Of a stretch of DNA of 64,000 bases, positions 1-12,933 are shown in pieces. A program made the translations under genes and the position numbers. Position 1 is the stretch's first letter. Each line of letters begins with the position of its first letter. Source of the stretch: Schizosaccharomyces osmophilus (Eukaryota); contig NC_079239.1 in the NCBI RefSeq assembly GCF_027921745.1, positions 1,612,001-1,676,000 on the forward strand, read 5' to 3'. Below the pieces are notes generated by a model. The model saw only the letters and a list, made by a program, of their open reading frames with translations, was not told where the DNA came from and did not search any database.

Positions 1-639
1 AGTTACAGACTTTCTCGATGGCGTGAATGGTTAGAAAGTGAAGACGGATGGTCTAGAGGGTTGACCAAAGAGAAATCGAAAAAGATTAAATCTACATCTC
101 TTGATACCCTATTTGCTGAGACCAATTCGCGTGCTTGGAAACAAGAACAAATGACATTGTCAGAGGGTAAAGGAAAAAATGGGTTGAACACTGCGACTGG
201 TAATGGCAAAAAGTCTGGATACAGAGCAAGAGGGGCCAAATCTAATGTTAATGCTGAACCGCAGCGAGAGAAACCAGAAGTGGATTTAAATGACGATAAT
301 ACGTCTGAAGAAACAAGTCAAATTGACGGGGAAGATGATGCCAATACCCAAGACGAGGATGAAGCAGAGTTATCTAAAGGTCATCAACGAGGAAAAAAGT
401 ATGATGAAGACAATAATGAAATAGCCGACAAGATGTATACGAAAGAAAAATCGCCGAAAGAGAATGTGGAAGACGAACAAAAAAATCAGGAAACTTACAA
501 GCAATCTGCAAATACGTCTGCCACCAATTTAAATAAATTAGACGCTGATATGGAGGACGATAAAACCGACATGGAAGAGCAAGCTGATGAGTCTTTCGAT
601 GGTGATAATACGATGGAAGATGATCTTTTGAAGGAGTAG
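1..639 (+). CDS. pst1: 3' end of a gene running in from the left edge; probable Sin3-family corepressor Pst1 acidic C-terminal tail
   Basis: Frame +1 is open from base 1 (SYRLSRWREWLESEDGWSRGL...) to TAG at 637-639, with a low-complexity acidic tail. Identity is inferred mainly from recalled S. pombe order pst1-izh2-dnm1. Confidence 0.55.
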   Translation, partial: SYRLSRWREWLESEDGWSRGLTKEKSKKIKSTSLDTLFAETNSRAWKQEQMTLSEGKGKNGLNTATGNGKKSGYRARGAKSNVNAEPQREKPEVDLNDDNTSEETSQIDGEDDANTQDEDEAELSKGHQRGKKYDEDNNEIADKMYTKEKSPKENVEDEQKNQETYKQSANTSATNLNKLDADMEDDKTDMEEQADESFDGDNTMEDDLLKE

Positions 640-1308
640 CGTACTTTCCACGAGTCATCTACTCATACCAATGGCTTTAAAAAACATTGGTTATTTTGTT
701 TATCATTTATGTCTGTCATATTATGTATATTCTGTACGTTTAGTTCTTTAACTTTTGATTATTATAATTTGCATTATTTAATAGAAATGTCTTTTTGTAC
801 TCTTGCTATTTCATGTTAATTTATAGAGGCACTTTGTCATTCAATCTAGTCTACGTTTACGATTCATCTAAGCATTGATATATCAAGAATGAGTAGCATG
901 TTACATGCACAGAAGAAGTAGGCGAGAATAGCCATAAATGAGAAAAGCTTTCATGCTTTATTCAGATGTGTATATTTATTTGGGACTTACCGATCATAGA
1001 TATTAGTACACTATAAAATCGTTTCACTTTGACATTACTTTCTCTTTCTTCCAATTGCAAAAAATCATATTAATACTGTCTATTTGCTTAATAAAAAAGG
1101 TATAGCTGATATTATATCTCTGATTTGTGAACAGGCGAAAATAACTATTCCCGTACTTGTTCGCAAATGAATGATCAGAATAGAAAATTTACTAACGTTT
1201 TATACAGTTCAGTCATTCAATCATTTCCATCTTTTTTGTTCACGATAGATTTATTTCATTTTTTGAAGAATTCCAAAGGTTGAGCCTTTACTGTGAAGCT
1301 ATTCCAAT

Positions 1309-2274
1309 ATGAATAAAATAAAAAACCGAGGTAGCAATTGTTCAAATGCAAACTTGAAAGAGAAACCTGAGTCCGATGATCCAACTGTTATTCAAACGGG
1401 CGCAATCAAGATTGAAAAGTCTGCGGTTCCATCCAAAAACTCAAAATCTCTCTTAACTTGGGATGAATTAGAACCCTGGCAACAGGATAACCAGTACATT
1501 ATTTCAGCATATCGGCCTGCCACTTTTTCTTTTCCCGGAAGCCTCAAAAGCATTCTTTACTTGCACAATGAATCTATAAATATTTGGTCGCACCTATTAG
1601 GAGCAATCGTCTTTCTTTTCTTTATTATACGTTCAGAGAGGATACTTGTACGAGAAACCACTACTTCTCAGGATGTTTATGTCTTTATGGTATTTTTGAT
1701 TAGTGCTCTGACAATGCTTTTTTGCTCAACTTTTTATCATACTGTATCAAATCATTCAAGTCATGTTTCCAAATATGGGAATAAACTTGATTATCTCGGC
1801 ATCGTTATTATGATCGTTGGCTCTTTTGTCCCTTGCCTTCATTACGGCTTTGCTTGCCATGCCAGCTTTCGTACACTATATATAGGAACAATCTTTTCAA
1901 TTGGTGTGATTGTTGGATCTACATGTATGCTAGATCGCTTTAGGCAACCAGAATGGCGAAGTTTCAGAGCGGTTCTCTTTATAATAATGGGGTTGTTTGG
2001 TATATTCCCGGTACTACATGCTCTTTTCATATATACACTTAAAGATCTGCTAGTACGAATGGGTCTCGGATGGCTAATTCTTCAAGGAGCGTTTTACATT
2101 GTAGGTGCCACTATTTATGCAAACAGGATACCAGAAAAATGGTATCCAGGCAAATACGACATATTTGGAAGCAGTCATCAATGGTTTCATGTGTGTGTAG
2201 TCATCGCTGCTCTTTGCCATTTTCGTGGTCTTTTGATTGCGTATGATTACTTCCATGAAGCGGCTAATTGCTAA
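1309..2274 (+). CDS. izh2: PAQR/haemolysin-III family 7-TM protein (Izh-like)
   Basis: Motifs [43 protein letters not shown] and multiple hydrophobic helices. Confidence 0.88.
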   Translation: MNKIKNRGSNCSNANLKEKPESDDPTVIQTGAIKIEKSAVPSKNSKSLLTWDELEPWQQDNQYIISAYRPATFSFPGSLKSILYLHNESINIWSHLLGAIVFLFFIIRSERILVRETTTSQDVYVFMVFLISALTMLFCSTFYHTVSNHSSHVSKYGNKLDYLGIVIMIVGSFVPCLHYGFACHASFRTLYIGTIFSIGVIVGSTCMLDRFRQPEWRSFRAVLFIIMGLFGIFPVLHALFIYTLKDLLVRMGLGWLILQGAFYIVGATIYANRIPEKWYPGKYDIFGSSHQWFHVCVVIAALCHFRGLLIAYDYFHEAANC

Positions 2275-2496
2275 ATTTTTTTGGTAACAAATACTAAGCT
2301 TCGTTCATTTATTGTTTATACTTGACAAGACCGAATTTAAATTAATTAGGGAAACCTAATATAAGAATAGGACTGGATACCCTTTTTTCGAATTACCTGT
2401 TATATAGCACGAGAGGAGTGAGTGTAAAATATATATCATCATTCATTTATTTAGTAATAAACCATTTCGCTGCTTCAAACGAGGGTGGAAAGTTCA

Positions 2497-4836
2497 TCAG
2501 AAGACATTAGAAATCATTTTGTTAGCCTGCATATAAACAGAAAGCAAACGCTCGTTCTTTTCGCGTTCACTCTTAATGTTTTCATCCTCAATTAATAAAG
2601 AGTCAAATAGCTCTTCACGATAAAGGCTACTTACAAGGCGATTTTGCACAGCATCTTTCGATGCATTAACGAGTAAGTGCATGATAACTTTGGGAACCTG
2701 ATCAACGACGATCTTTCTAGTTAAAATGAAGTACGACGTTATAAGTTCTTGAATCAATTCAACTTCAAGTTCTTCACGCTCTGTCATTTCTTCTAGTGCC
2801 ATGGATTCAACCTCGCTAGAAAGATCAGTCATTTTTACCGGAAAGCTATTAGCATAATTTGATTGTGGTTGGGTGTTGGTTTGATCACTGAGCATATGAA
2901 CCGGCTCATTCAAAGACAAGCTGTTAGACAATCTTTTGGAGTGCATGGGTGCCCGCTTAACCGAATTGTTGGCACCAAAGACGTAACTAAGAAACGTTTT
3001 TCTTTCAAGGTTGTCCGAACCAAAATTTTGTAACTTCCTATTAGGCGTAACAGACGTAACATCGTCTGAGCTTGCAATGTCCGTAATAGAACTATCGGGA
3101 TTATCATTTTTTGTAGTATCAACTACTGGATTTGAATAAGAAGCCGAACGACGACGAGTAGTAAGATGCTGATTTTTTCTAGCAAGCACATTTGACATGG
3201 CTCCCTGAACGCCTAAGAAATCAGGATGGTTAGTATTGATGTAAGCCATCTGTATGGAAATCAAACTTTCAACAAATGAAAACGTAGGAGATAAGTTTTC
3301 ACGTAATAAATCGCTCACAGTCTCAATCAAGGCAGTTTGAAGCTTTGGAAATCTAGACATATCAGTGTCACCAGAGTAATGACATATTTTCATCAGTTCC
3401 TCGTAAACAAGCTCGACACATTCGTGGCAAGGGGGAGCAAGAAGAGCCAGTTGAGGCTTTACAAGTATATCAAATGCCATCTCTGAAAGAAACAATGTAG
3501 CCCTAGAACCAGTGCTATTAAGAATAGCTGTCCGGATATCCGTTATAGACAGATTCTGCAACGGATCGATAGAATTCAAAGTGGTGGAGAACACATTATT
3601 GAAAATGGAGTATAAACGAGCACCTCCAGAAAGCTCCTTTGTAGGTATATTGGACGAGTTACCATCTATGCTGGCAATAAATGAATTGGCAAATCTGTTC
3701 ATAGCCTGTAAAAGTATAATTCCACGTTGAGCTTTATCGGATACTTTAAAAATACCATAGTTTTCTAACTGGGATTGGGTTTGTGAAATTAATGTACTCA
3801 AACGTGCTTTAATGTCGGGTAAACGATCTCTTATATGAGCAATCAATAAATTGCTTAAAGTTTTAGCAAGGTAAAACGTTCCGCACCGATTTACAATAGC
3901 TCGATACGCAGGATGATTTGCAAAGAAATCATTTTCTGACAGAAGAGCATCTCTTAAAGACTTATGAGAAATGATATCGGATTGAGAACGGTTTACAGTT
4001 GGAATAAATCCCAACTTTAGAGGATATACGCGTCCACTTAAAATATCCATTGCATTGGTTCCCTGATCCATTAAGTCAAGTTTGGTTAATACACCTATTG
4101 TTCGTTTGCCTTTAGGATCAACAAGTCGAGCAAGCTTTAATCCTTCACTATTAACGATATCAAAATTAGCAGGAGACACAGCTAAGATAATTGAATTGGG
4201 CTTGCCAATATACTCCATAATCAGCGAACGAGTTTGAGACTCAATGTCCGTAGGTTGATCGCCAACAGGGATTTTCGTGAGACCAGGGAGGTCAATTAAG
4301 GTAAGATTTAAGACATGTTTTGAGTAAATTTTAAGGTTAATCGGTAATTTGTTTATTCCTTTATTAGCACCAGCAACCCGCAAGGTTTCATTTTCGATTT
4401 CAGCGCGAACCTTTCCGAAATCAGTGAAACGAACATTGGGTAAATGGAGAAACTCAGCATATCCCTCCTGGTCGCTTCTATTTTCCAGAGAAGCGGTAGT
4501 ACCGTCCGTATTGGAAGAATCCTGCTGGGGATCTTCATGATTAACATCGGAATTGGATTCTTCTTCTTTCAGGTTGATAAGTTGCAAGATCAAGGGCCTT
4601 CTGGTGACAATTCCAGTTCCACGGGGTAAAAAATCTTTACCGACTAGATAATTTGTTAGCAATAAAAGTTCCATTCACAAGAAACAGGGTCACTTACCTA
4701 TATTTTCCAAGACCGATGATTTACCGCAAGATTGAGATCCAACCACGACGATGGAGGGTAAATCCAAAAAGTCAGAACCGATGGTATTAAACACCAAGTC
4801 CTGAAGCTGATTGACTAAGGGAATTAATTTTTCCAT
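2497..4836 (-). CDS. dnm1: Dynamin-related mitochondrial fission GTPase; 2 exons, intron 4644-4697
   Basis: ATG at 4836 ([13 protein letters not shown]). G1 [31 protein letters not shown] and C-terminal GED. Intron GTAAGT...CTAAC...TAG restores ENIVGKDF. Confidence 0.93.
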
Positions 4837-6109
4837 ATCTGTAACCGGCGTAATTTCTCGAAGAAAAGGATATAACAATTAATAATAAACCAAACTGCTA
4901 GAAAGGGACTTTAGAGAATGCGTCAAAAGAAAAAGATTTAACTAGCCAAGCCGTCCAGGGAGATTGGATCGACTTTCTTTTCAATAGAACAAAAAGAATC
5001 GAATAGGATTAACGAAATTGAATACGATGAAAGAAAGAGGTTTAACTGAAAGGTTAAGGTCCTTGAAGTTAAAAAAAGCTTTTTTGACGCAACCGAGAAG
5101 GAATGAGTAAAAAGAAAAATATACTTGGGTAGTAGTAGGTAGAGAGGGCAAGTCGCCGGTTAGAAAACCAACACAGTGAGGGAAGTATAGGAAATCAAAT
5201 AAAACCATTCTTTTCATAATTAATTAAGTGAAAGATGATTTCATTTCATAAATCAAGTCCACATATTTCTTTTCCGGTCACAGCTTCGTCGCTCAAAGAA
5301 ACAACCATTCATATTAAGCATTATCTTATGCAACCAAAAACAGGAAAACGAAATTTATGAATAACAATGGAAAAAAGAACTACTGTTCCTTGTCTTTTTC
5401 CCCCTTCAAAATACAAAAGCAATCGATCGTTCATGTAGTCACTTCTCTATTCCAGCTAATTGTATCGAGTAGGAAAAAATGCTATTTTAAGAGGCTACCA
5501 AAGCTTTCATACAAAAGGGATTGGATTGTCCTCTTTCCTTACTTGGATTACGTCGCATTAAACATTAGAAATTTACGTTTTGAAACTTGGGCGTAATTTT
5601 ACGGTTTTTCGCTGCAACTAGCTCTTACAATTTGGGCATATAATGATTTCAATCATTTAAACTCTCGAAGTTTATTTCTATGCGTAAATTTCCTGACTTT
5701 TCCACCGCTTTTCCCTTCCTTTTGGAATTGTTTCCTAGAAAGTGACAAGCAATGTGAATCATGATTCAAAGGGTTTAAAAACGGTTCTCAGGATTTTTAT
5801 ACCAATTTTTTCTACTAGAACCCTTTCTCTTATGATTCTTTTGACACATACCACCGAACCATTGACTAGTTTTCATTCTCGCATTGTTTTCTTTCCTATT
5901 TTCAAATGTAAACAAACCAAATAAGGAAACGCACTACATAGCCTTATCCAAGACGAAGGACAACGAGGTGTGCTAAAAGGATCTTGTTACGAAACGGCCA
6001 TGCAAAGGTTTTTTGTTCGGTTTTCATAAGATTACGATTCTATAATTATCGCATCCTCTACATAGTATTTTGTATAAATCACCTGCCGTTGACTCGCACC
6101 GACAAAAGT

Positions 6110-6133
6110 AGGGTAGGGCAAGTGGCAGTCACA
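6110..6133 (+). promoter_or_regulatory. Homol E-like (AGGGTAGGGC, 6110-6119) and Homol D (CAGTCACA, 6126-6133) ribosomal-protein gene promoter elements
   Basis: Exact Homol D and a 9/10 match to Homol E (AGGGTAGGGT), about 65-90 bp upstream of the rpl30 ATG, as in fission-yeast RP promoters. Confidence 0.85.
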
Positions 6134-6198
6134 TCTTTCACTCGAAAGAGAAACTTAGTACATTCAATTTTGGAATTCCTTTACCAGCATCATTCGAA

Positions 6199-6588
6199 AT
6201 GGCATCTGTGGTAACCAAGAAGGGAAAAAAGAGCGGAGATACTATCAACTCCAAGCTTGCCCTCACTATGAAGAGTGGCAAGTCCGTCTTGGGCTACAAG
6301 TCTACCTTGAAGACTCTCCGCTCTGGTAAGGCCAAGCTCATCTTGATTGCCGGTAACTGCCCTCCTCTCCGCAAGTCCGAGCTTGAGTACTATGCTATGC
6401 TTTCCAAGGCTAATGTTCACCACTACTCTGGTTCCAAGTAAGTTTATGTCCCTTAATACGAGTTTTCATTTTTTAAACATAATACTAACCGTAGCAGCAT
6501 TGATCTCGGTACCGCTTGCGGTAGACTTTTCAGAGTCGGTGTTTTGGCTATTACTGACGCTGGTGACTCTGACATTTTGGAAGCTTAG
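6199..6588 (+). CDS. rpl30: 60S ribosomal protein eL30; intron 6438-6497 (alternative acceptor 6494)
   Basis: [44 protein letters not shown]; exon 2 [30 protein letters not shown]; strong codon bias. Confidence 0.96.
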
Positions 6589-7104
6589 ACAAAATGAATA
6601 AACCCTTAATTTTTTATAATTTATTTTGGTATGAAAATACGTCTTGTTAAATTTTGGCTGGCTGTAGTACTGATTTTAGATTGTGAGCCTAGTAGCAACC
6701 AGTAAAAACGATACACTTTGCATTATTGAGTCTAACTTTAAGCCAGATATTTATAACTAAACGTGCTATCGCTGACTGATCCATGCTAAAATGTTTTGGA
6801 TGGTCCTTATTTCGCGAGTAAAGTAGCGGAAATACGAAACCAATATTAAATTCATTCATCTAACCAAAAATTAAGTATCGTATAGCTAACATTATAATTT
6901 GCAATTAGTATCCTATTTGATGCAATTATGCAGAACAATCTGAAAATAAAATAATCATATAAAATAATAACTCCGTATTACGCCCAATTAGTTTCATTAG
7001 TATACACGTATAAATATAGTCACAGATTACCGAATTCGTAAAAAAAATTTCGTGAAACGGATTCAACAATTCCTAGCTTTTTTATAACATCCAAAAATCA
7101 CAAA

Positions 7105-10100
7105 CTAAGTAGCGGATTCTGAATCAGAAAAAGGTGACCTTTGACTTTCATCTTCCAACTCGACTGCATTCAATCCGTCCACAACCTTGTCTAAAGAATA
7201 AGGAGAAATTGGCGGAATAGCATTTTCAACAATCTTCATATTTTCATCGTTCTCCGCCGCTAACATGTCATTCAGCTTCTTATTACGTTCATTTTCCATA
7301 GCCAGTTCATTATGCGTATTTATTAGCTCCTGCATTTCAATAGGAACTGCAATTCCTATCTTTTCACGCAACTTGGTAACCCAAGGATGCAAGTACAGTT
7401 CAAGGGCAGTAGGACGTCTTTCTGGATCACAATCAAAACAGCGTTCTAAAAAGTCCCTAGCAAGACTAGTAATTTGATAGCTCGAAGGAATTGTTGGGGT
7501 ATGCATTACCGCAATGTGATACATAATGGCCCATTCATTGTCCATTTGGTTCCAAGGAGTGCATCCAGCCAACATCTCTAAAACCACACATCCAAGTCCC
7601 CAAATATCCATAGAACCAAACCTTCCTTTTTTAGTTCCTACGATAATCTCCGGGGCTGTGTACATCGGGGTTCCAGCCAAACTATGCATCTCAAGCTGAA
7701 TATCTTCGATACCAACTGTAGAATCTTCTGGAGGTGGTACATAGAGCGCTGAACCGAAATCGCTTAATTTAATATTCCCATGACTATCCAACAAAAGATT
7801 ACCTGGTTTTATATCACGATGCAAAACATTCCGTGAGTGCATATAAAATAAAGCCTCCAGTAACTGCAAAACATATGTGCCAACGACTGCTTCATCTTCT
7901 ATACGGCCGTGAGAAAGCAAATCTGCCAAAGATCCTCCTTGACATAATTCCATAAAAATATAGACCTTTTCTCTATGAACCTCCACACCATAATACGAAA
8001 CTATGTTTGGGTGATTAAGTTTTTCTAGCACAGTCATCTCGTTATGAATTTGGTCAACAGCACTTTTAAGAGAACGACTGTCTTGAATTTTAATTTCCTT
8101 AACGGCTAAAAGATCACCTGTATCAAGGTTTACACCGCTGTATACGTCGCCGAACATTCCGCTTTTAACAAATTGACCTTGTTGCCAACGAATTGTAATA
8201 TTGGATAAAGATGAAGCTAGTTTGATAAAGTCTCTGTTTCGGTATACCGAAACATCAAGCACATGGCCAATTGCTAATCGCTCATGTAACTTTGCATTTC
8301 GTTCAGCATCAATCTCTTCAATTCGCTGCATCATTTCCTTTTGCAAAACCGAAATCGTTTCATCCTCTTCAACATTACCGTAATTCAGGTAAATTCTTGA
8401 GGAGTTATCCATGTCCCCAACTTCCAACTCATGAAAATCAATTGTTTTAGATTTAGCGCCAAGAATGTCAAAATGATTTAGTAGCAGAGACATGGTTTTA
8501 CCTACCTTATCACGCAGTCTCTCAAAGTTGGAGTCCTCGAGCATCAATATATTTGTCCCATGCAATACGACCATTAGAAACTCCAAGGCACCAACAGCCC
8601 AGCGGAACGTTTTTCTATCGAGAGGATCACACTCCTCACAAAGAAAAGCAATCCAATCAATCGCAAAAATCATAGTCTTTTTCTGAAGATGATTGTCTAA
8701 GGAGTCAACATTTAAGAAACGCATACTACGCTGACTAAATTCTGCTGCAAAAGCAAAGGCACTATATATTAAATCCGAACATTCCATACCTTTACACGCC
8801 CTTCGGACATAGGTAACACTATCGAGAACAGTAGAAGCGATGCGAATGCAAAGTTTGTTAAATCGAATATACTCCTTGTAAACGCGTGCGATATTAGATC
8901 GGCAATTAATGCGGAGGCTCACCAAACCCGTGTTTAGATCCTGGAATACAGCCTTTGCATCTTGTAAATGAGCAGCATTATTGGAAGTAACAATCCGTAT
9001 GTGATTGTTTTTTAGGTCAACGTGAAAATCAGGAATATCAACTTTTATTATTCTCCCTTTCCAAAGTAATGGCTGCTTAGTAGAAAGAATTAAAACGTAT
9101 GATTTATTTTTCTTGGTGAATTCCAAATCATTATTCGTGGCACTTACAATTAAGGATTTAATCGCTTCTGGTCTTTCTAATAAAGTTGCATCAGCAATGA
9201 TGAGAACACCATCACGCTCCAAATTGGCCGTATACGTCAAAAAATGGCCAGTTGAGGACAGACGGTCAACCATCTCATTTAAACAATTTTCGTGAACAAC
9301 ATATTCAGCAGAGTTTTGTAAACGAGAGTTATACACATCGTAAAAACGCAAGATTTTACGAAACCGAACTTGCGTATTCTTAAGAAGCGTTGTGAACCAA
9401 TTTGTCAGAGACATCGTTGAACGCTCTTCAGGCCCTCTCAAATGAGCTTCAAGATGTCGATGCACATTTATTAGAAGACGGTTCAATAAATAACCGAAAT
9501 GACTAGCCATTTGGTAAACTCCACCATCGATCCATCCCACATATTTATCAAGGAAAGCCCATTCATTCTCTAGAAAGTCTATTTCTTTAAAATATAGGTT
9601 TTTGTTGCAAGAATTCAATTTCATAGCAAGCAGCTTATAATAAAACTTTAAAGATTCCAACAAGATATCGTTGTAACAGGCATCAACATCTTGAGGCAAA
9701 TCCCAACCTAAACACGGACTTGCTATGTCAATATATTCTAATTTGACACGTACAGCAACCGATAAAGCAATTTTAAAATCATCTAATAAAGAGTCCACCA
9801 TGAATGAATTCGACCCTTTAACTTTTTTGGCGTACATCAATCGAATACGTAGAGCTTCATCCACTAATTTTATTGGAAAATCGACCAAAGCCCTCAGTTC
9901 AGCACCGTACGTCGGAAGTTTCATTTCCTCAAAAACTTTAGCATTCTCCACAATTGTTTGTTTTGCCTGATGAATAAGGCGATTCAGAGTAGTCAGCGTT
10001 CTTTGCTCGAATGTCTTTTGTAAACCAAACTGTCGAAATATCCGTTCTACGAAGGACGGTGAGTTAGTAATTTGGCTAGTCAAATCAAATGTTTCGTTCC

Positions 10101-11274
10101 CAACCCATCTTTGAAGAATTACAGTTTCTGTTCGGACATTTTCCTTTACATTACTCCACGATATTAAAGCATTCAACTTGTCGTTAAATTCTTTGGAAGC
10201 GTATAACGGAACGTCTTCTCTCATTTTGCGGCTAGAAATATAGTAACTTTCACATTCTTCGACTTTACCAAGGATTTCTGCAACCTGCTCGAATGCAGGG
10301 TTTTGGCAAAACTCTATAGGTTTAACTTCAAAATTTATAACCTCCTGTAAGACATAATCGACATTTTCCCGTTTGTTCCGGATAACTTCAGCTTGATCTT
10401 CGATAAGACGACCGTGGAGCCATGCTTGAAGTCCTAGCCAGATGTCTGTGATGTTTTGTTTACTATAACCAGTGTGTTTCGTACTATTCATTCTCTTCTT
10501 TTCGGACTGCATGACGTCTCCTTTTAACACAGAAGAAAGCATCATATGCCACTCAAGACGCTCCCGTTTCTCGGGATTTTGGAGATCAAGTTCACTAAAC
10601 AAAATGCTCGGGACATTGTAAAACGCATCAATGTCAAACTCTGGATAAGCAGACTCGGAAAATTCGGTATCATTGTCACTTTCTTCTTCAGAATGATGCA
10701 TAGATATCATAGAATGCGACGACTTGTCGTTTAGCAAAGATAAGTCTGAATCGGCATGATTGTAGTACGAATTTTCGTATGCATAATATGGATCCAAAGA
10801 CTTCTTCTGATAATTACGAGTGAAGTCTGAACTTTCGCGGGGTCGAGTGATATGAGGATAAATGCTTAAATTATTGTCACTCCGATGGCTTCTATTTCCG
10901 GCATAGTATGGAGAACGGAGCATGGATGGATAATGTTGGTGGGTAGAAGAGATAGTACGAGGAAGGATTGATGGACTTGAACTCGAGGTATAGGCAGGAT
11001 TCAAAGAAGGTGGATTCGAACCGGTGAAGCTTCTAGAATGGCCGAACCGCTCTCCCACTATCCCAGAGGAAGAGAAAGGAAAAGAAGAAGGATTTAAGAG
11101 TCGCTTTGAAGACTCAGAATCATCGGCAGACTTCGAATTCGGTTGGCGACCATTGGCATTGATAGTAGAGGTAATATGAGCATTATCAAGGATATCTTGA
11201 TTGGAATCACACAAATGCTCTAATCCTAAATCAACCGGGTCATTCGGAGTATAGTGAGTGCTCTCAAAGTTCAT
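7105..11274 (-). CDS. win1: Ssk2/Wis4/Win1-family MAP kinase kinase kinase
   Basis: 1389 aa. N-terminal ERLEWHMMLSSVLKGDV block; C-terminal kinase with AVKE, HRDIKPGN, DFG, GTPMYTAPE. Adjacent to rpl30 as recalled for S. pombe win1. Confidence 0.85.
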   Translation of the reverse strand: MNFESTHYTPNDPVDLGLEHLCDSNQDILDNAHITSTINANGRQPNSKSADDSESSKRLLNPSSFPFSSSGIVGERFGHSRSFTGSNPPSLNPAYTSSSSPSILPRTISSTHQHYPSMLRSPYYAGNRSHRSDNNLSIYPHITRPRESSDFTRNYQKKSLDPYYAYENSYYNHADSDLSLLNDKSSHSMISMHHSEEESDNDTEFSESAYPEFDIDAFYNVPSILFSELDLQNPEKRERLEWHMMLSSVLKGDVMQSEKKRMNSTKHTGYSKQNITDIWLGLQAWLHGRLIEDQAEVIRNKRENVDYVLQEVINFEVKPIEFCQNPAFEQVAEILGKVEECESYYISSRKMREDVPLYASKEFNDKLNALISWSNVKENVRTETVILQRWVGNETFDLTSQITNSPSFVERIFRQFGLQKTFEQRTLTTLNRLIHQAKQTIVENAKVFEEMKLPTYGAELRALVDFPIKLVDEALRIRLMYAKKVKGSNSFMVDSLLDDFKIALSVAVRVKLEYIDIASPCLGWDLPQDVDACYNDILLESLKFYYKLLAMKLNSCNKNLYFKEIDFLENEWAFLDKYVGWIDGGVYQMASHFGYLLNRLLINVHRHLEAHLRGPEERSTMSLTNWFTTLLKNTQVRFRKILRFYDVYNSRLQNSAEYVVHENCLNEMVDRLSSTGHFLTYTANLERDGVLIIADATLLERPEAIKSLIVSATNNDLEFTKKNKSYVLILSTKQPLLWKGRIIKVDIPDFHVDLKNNHIRIVTSNNAAHLQDAKAVFQDLNTGLVSLRINCRSNIARVYKEYIRFNKLCIRIASTVLDSVTYVRRACKGMECSDLIYSAFAFAAEFSQRSMRFLNVDSLDNHLQKKTMIFAIDWIAFLCEECDPLDRKTFRWAVGALEFLMVVLHGTNILMLEDSNFERLRDKVGKTMSLLLNHFDILGAKSKTIDFHELEVGDMDNSSRIYLNYGNVEEDETISVLQKEMMQRIEEIDAERNAKLHERLAIGHVLDVSVYRNRDFIKLASSLSNITIRWQQGQFVKSGMFGDVYSGVNLDTGDLLAVKEIKIQDSRSLKSAVDQIHNEMTVLEKLNHPNIVSYYGVEVHREKVYIFMELCQGGSLADLLSHGRIEDEAVVGTYVLQLLEALFYMHSRNVLHRDIKPGNLLLDSHGNIKLSDFGSALYVPPPEDSTVGIEDIQLEMHSLAGTPMYTAPEIIVGTKKGRFGSMDIWGLGCVVLEMLAGCTPWNQMDNEWAIMYHIAVMHTPTIPSSYQITSLARDFLERCFDCDPERRPTALELYLHPWVTKLREKIGIAVPIEMQELINTHNELAMENERNKKLNDMLAAENDENMKIVENAIPPISPYSLDKVVDGLNAVELEDESQRSPFSDSESAT

Positions 11275-12933
11275 TAGAGTCTCTCATATAAGGAAAGGAT
11301 TTGTAAAGGTCACTCTTGTTTGAGCAACCACGAGTATCGAGCTTGAAAATGTACACTAAAAGCAATTTGTAGATATATGAATTGATGTCTTCTCTGACCT
11401 CTGAACAAAACAACTGCAATTCGAATTAACCAAGTTCAAATGGCTTGATTGTAAATAAGATAGGATGGTTGAATACAACCGCGAATTATGATTTAAATTA
11501 AAATAATAGAAAATTCTTTTAAATAAACATGCAAAAATAGCTTAGCGGAAGTGTTTACAAGATTTTGGCAGTTGAGAAATAAAAATGGTCTTAATCTGGC
11601 CCACCACCAAAGAACAATGGTTTAGCGCGTGGGGGAACTCAGAAATTTAGGGAAATTACTAGAAATCGCTATGTCATAATCCATATACGATATTATTAGG
11701 GTCTTGATACGTTTATTGGATTGCGTTAAAATAATACAGAAGAATCCTTTATTGCAAAATGTAAACAACGGAAGTTTTCAACAAAGAAACTTCATCAGAA
11801 AAAAAAAAAAAAAAAACCTTGTTAGTTATTTTAGGAGGTATATACTTCTCCAGTTAGAAGATTTGACTGGTCTAGCTGAATAGATTGCCTACAACTTACT
11901 TAGTAAACCAGATCCCTGGAAGCTATTACTATCTATTTCAAGTAGTATAAAAGCATCCAACTTTGTGTACAATTCATTTACAATAGTACGTATACTTCCA
12001 TTGAATACTTATCCTCATAAGAAGTGAGATTACGTCTTTGACAGAACAAGCTTTTGATAATTTGGCTAAAGAACTGACTTTTATTAATTTTCACACTATG
12101 GTAATATTTCTCTGAATTGTTCACTAGGTTAATGCAAAAATTGTAGTAATTCACAGAAAGTAAGTACGGGATCATCCGGGGAATTGTCTCATTATGAGCG
12201 TTTTTTAGTTATAAAGATTGTCAAAAGAAGCCCTCGTCATCAAGATCTTCTGTTTTTCTCTGAGTGACAGTTGTGTTTACACCAAAAAATAGTCCAGTAG
12301 ATTATGCGATTTCGCTCATTAGCTTACAAAGGCGAGTAGTACATTCGTCCACAATGTTGAATTATAGAACGCAGTTTCTTTGATCGCCTTGAATTGGCTG
12401 GGTACCTTTCGAAATTGCACTCCTTCTGAATGATAAATGGCGAATCCGTAAGTAATTTTTCACTGGTAAGATAGGATTGTTTTAATGGAATAAAAGTAGG
12501 CCGTAATACATTCTACATCATGCAAAACTATCGTAAATTCAATAAGTCATGAACGGGTATATTGGGAAAAATGAGAAATAAAAAAAGAAGCTTGTGATTA
12601 TTTGATGTTATTGGAAACGAATGGATAAAGCGTTTGTAAATTAGCAATTATTTGTTCACACATTCCCAGAAACCATTGCGCTTTTGAGAAGATGGGATAG
12701 AATAGCACTTTATGAATGCCTGGTAGTTGAGCTACTGCGGAAATAATAAAGAAAGAAAGGAAACAGCAAGGCCAAACAATTGGAAGGGAAAAAAAGGGTG
12801 TAGGTAAAATATCGTTCATAATTTTTTGTCGTGGATCTTAGAGGATAGCACAATTCAATGCATAAAGAGAGAGGGGATGAGTCATATTTCATTAAATTCA
12901 AGTTGTTGCTCGTTTAAATAGGTTGTCGGAATA

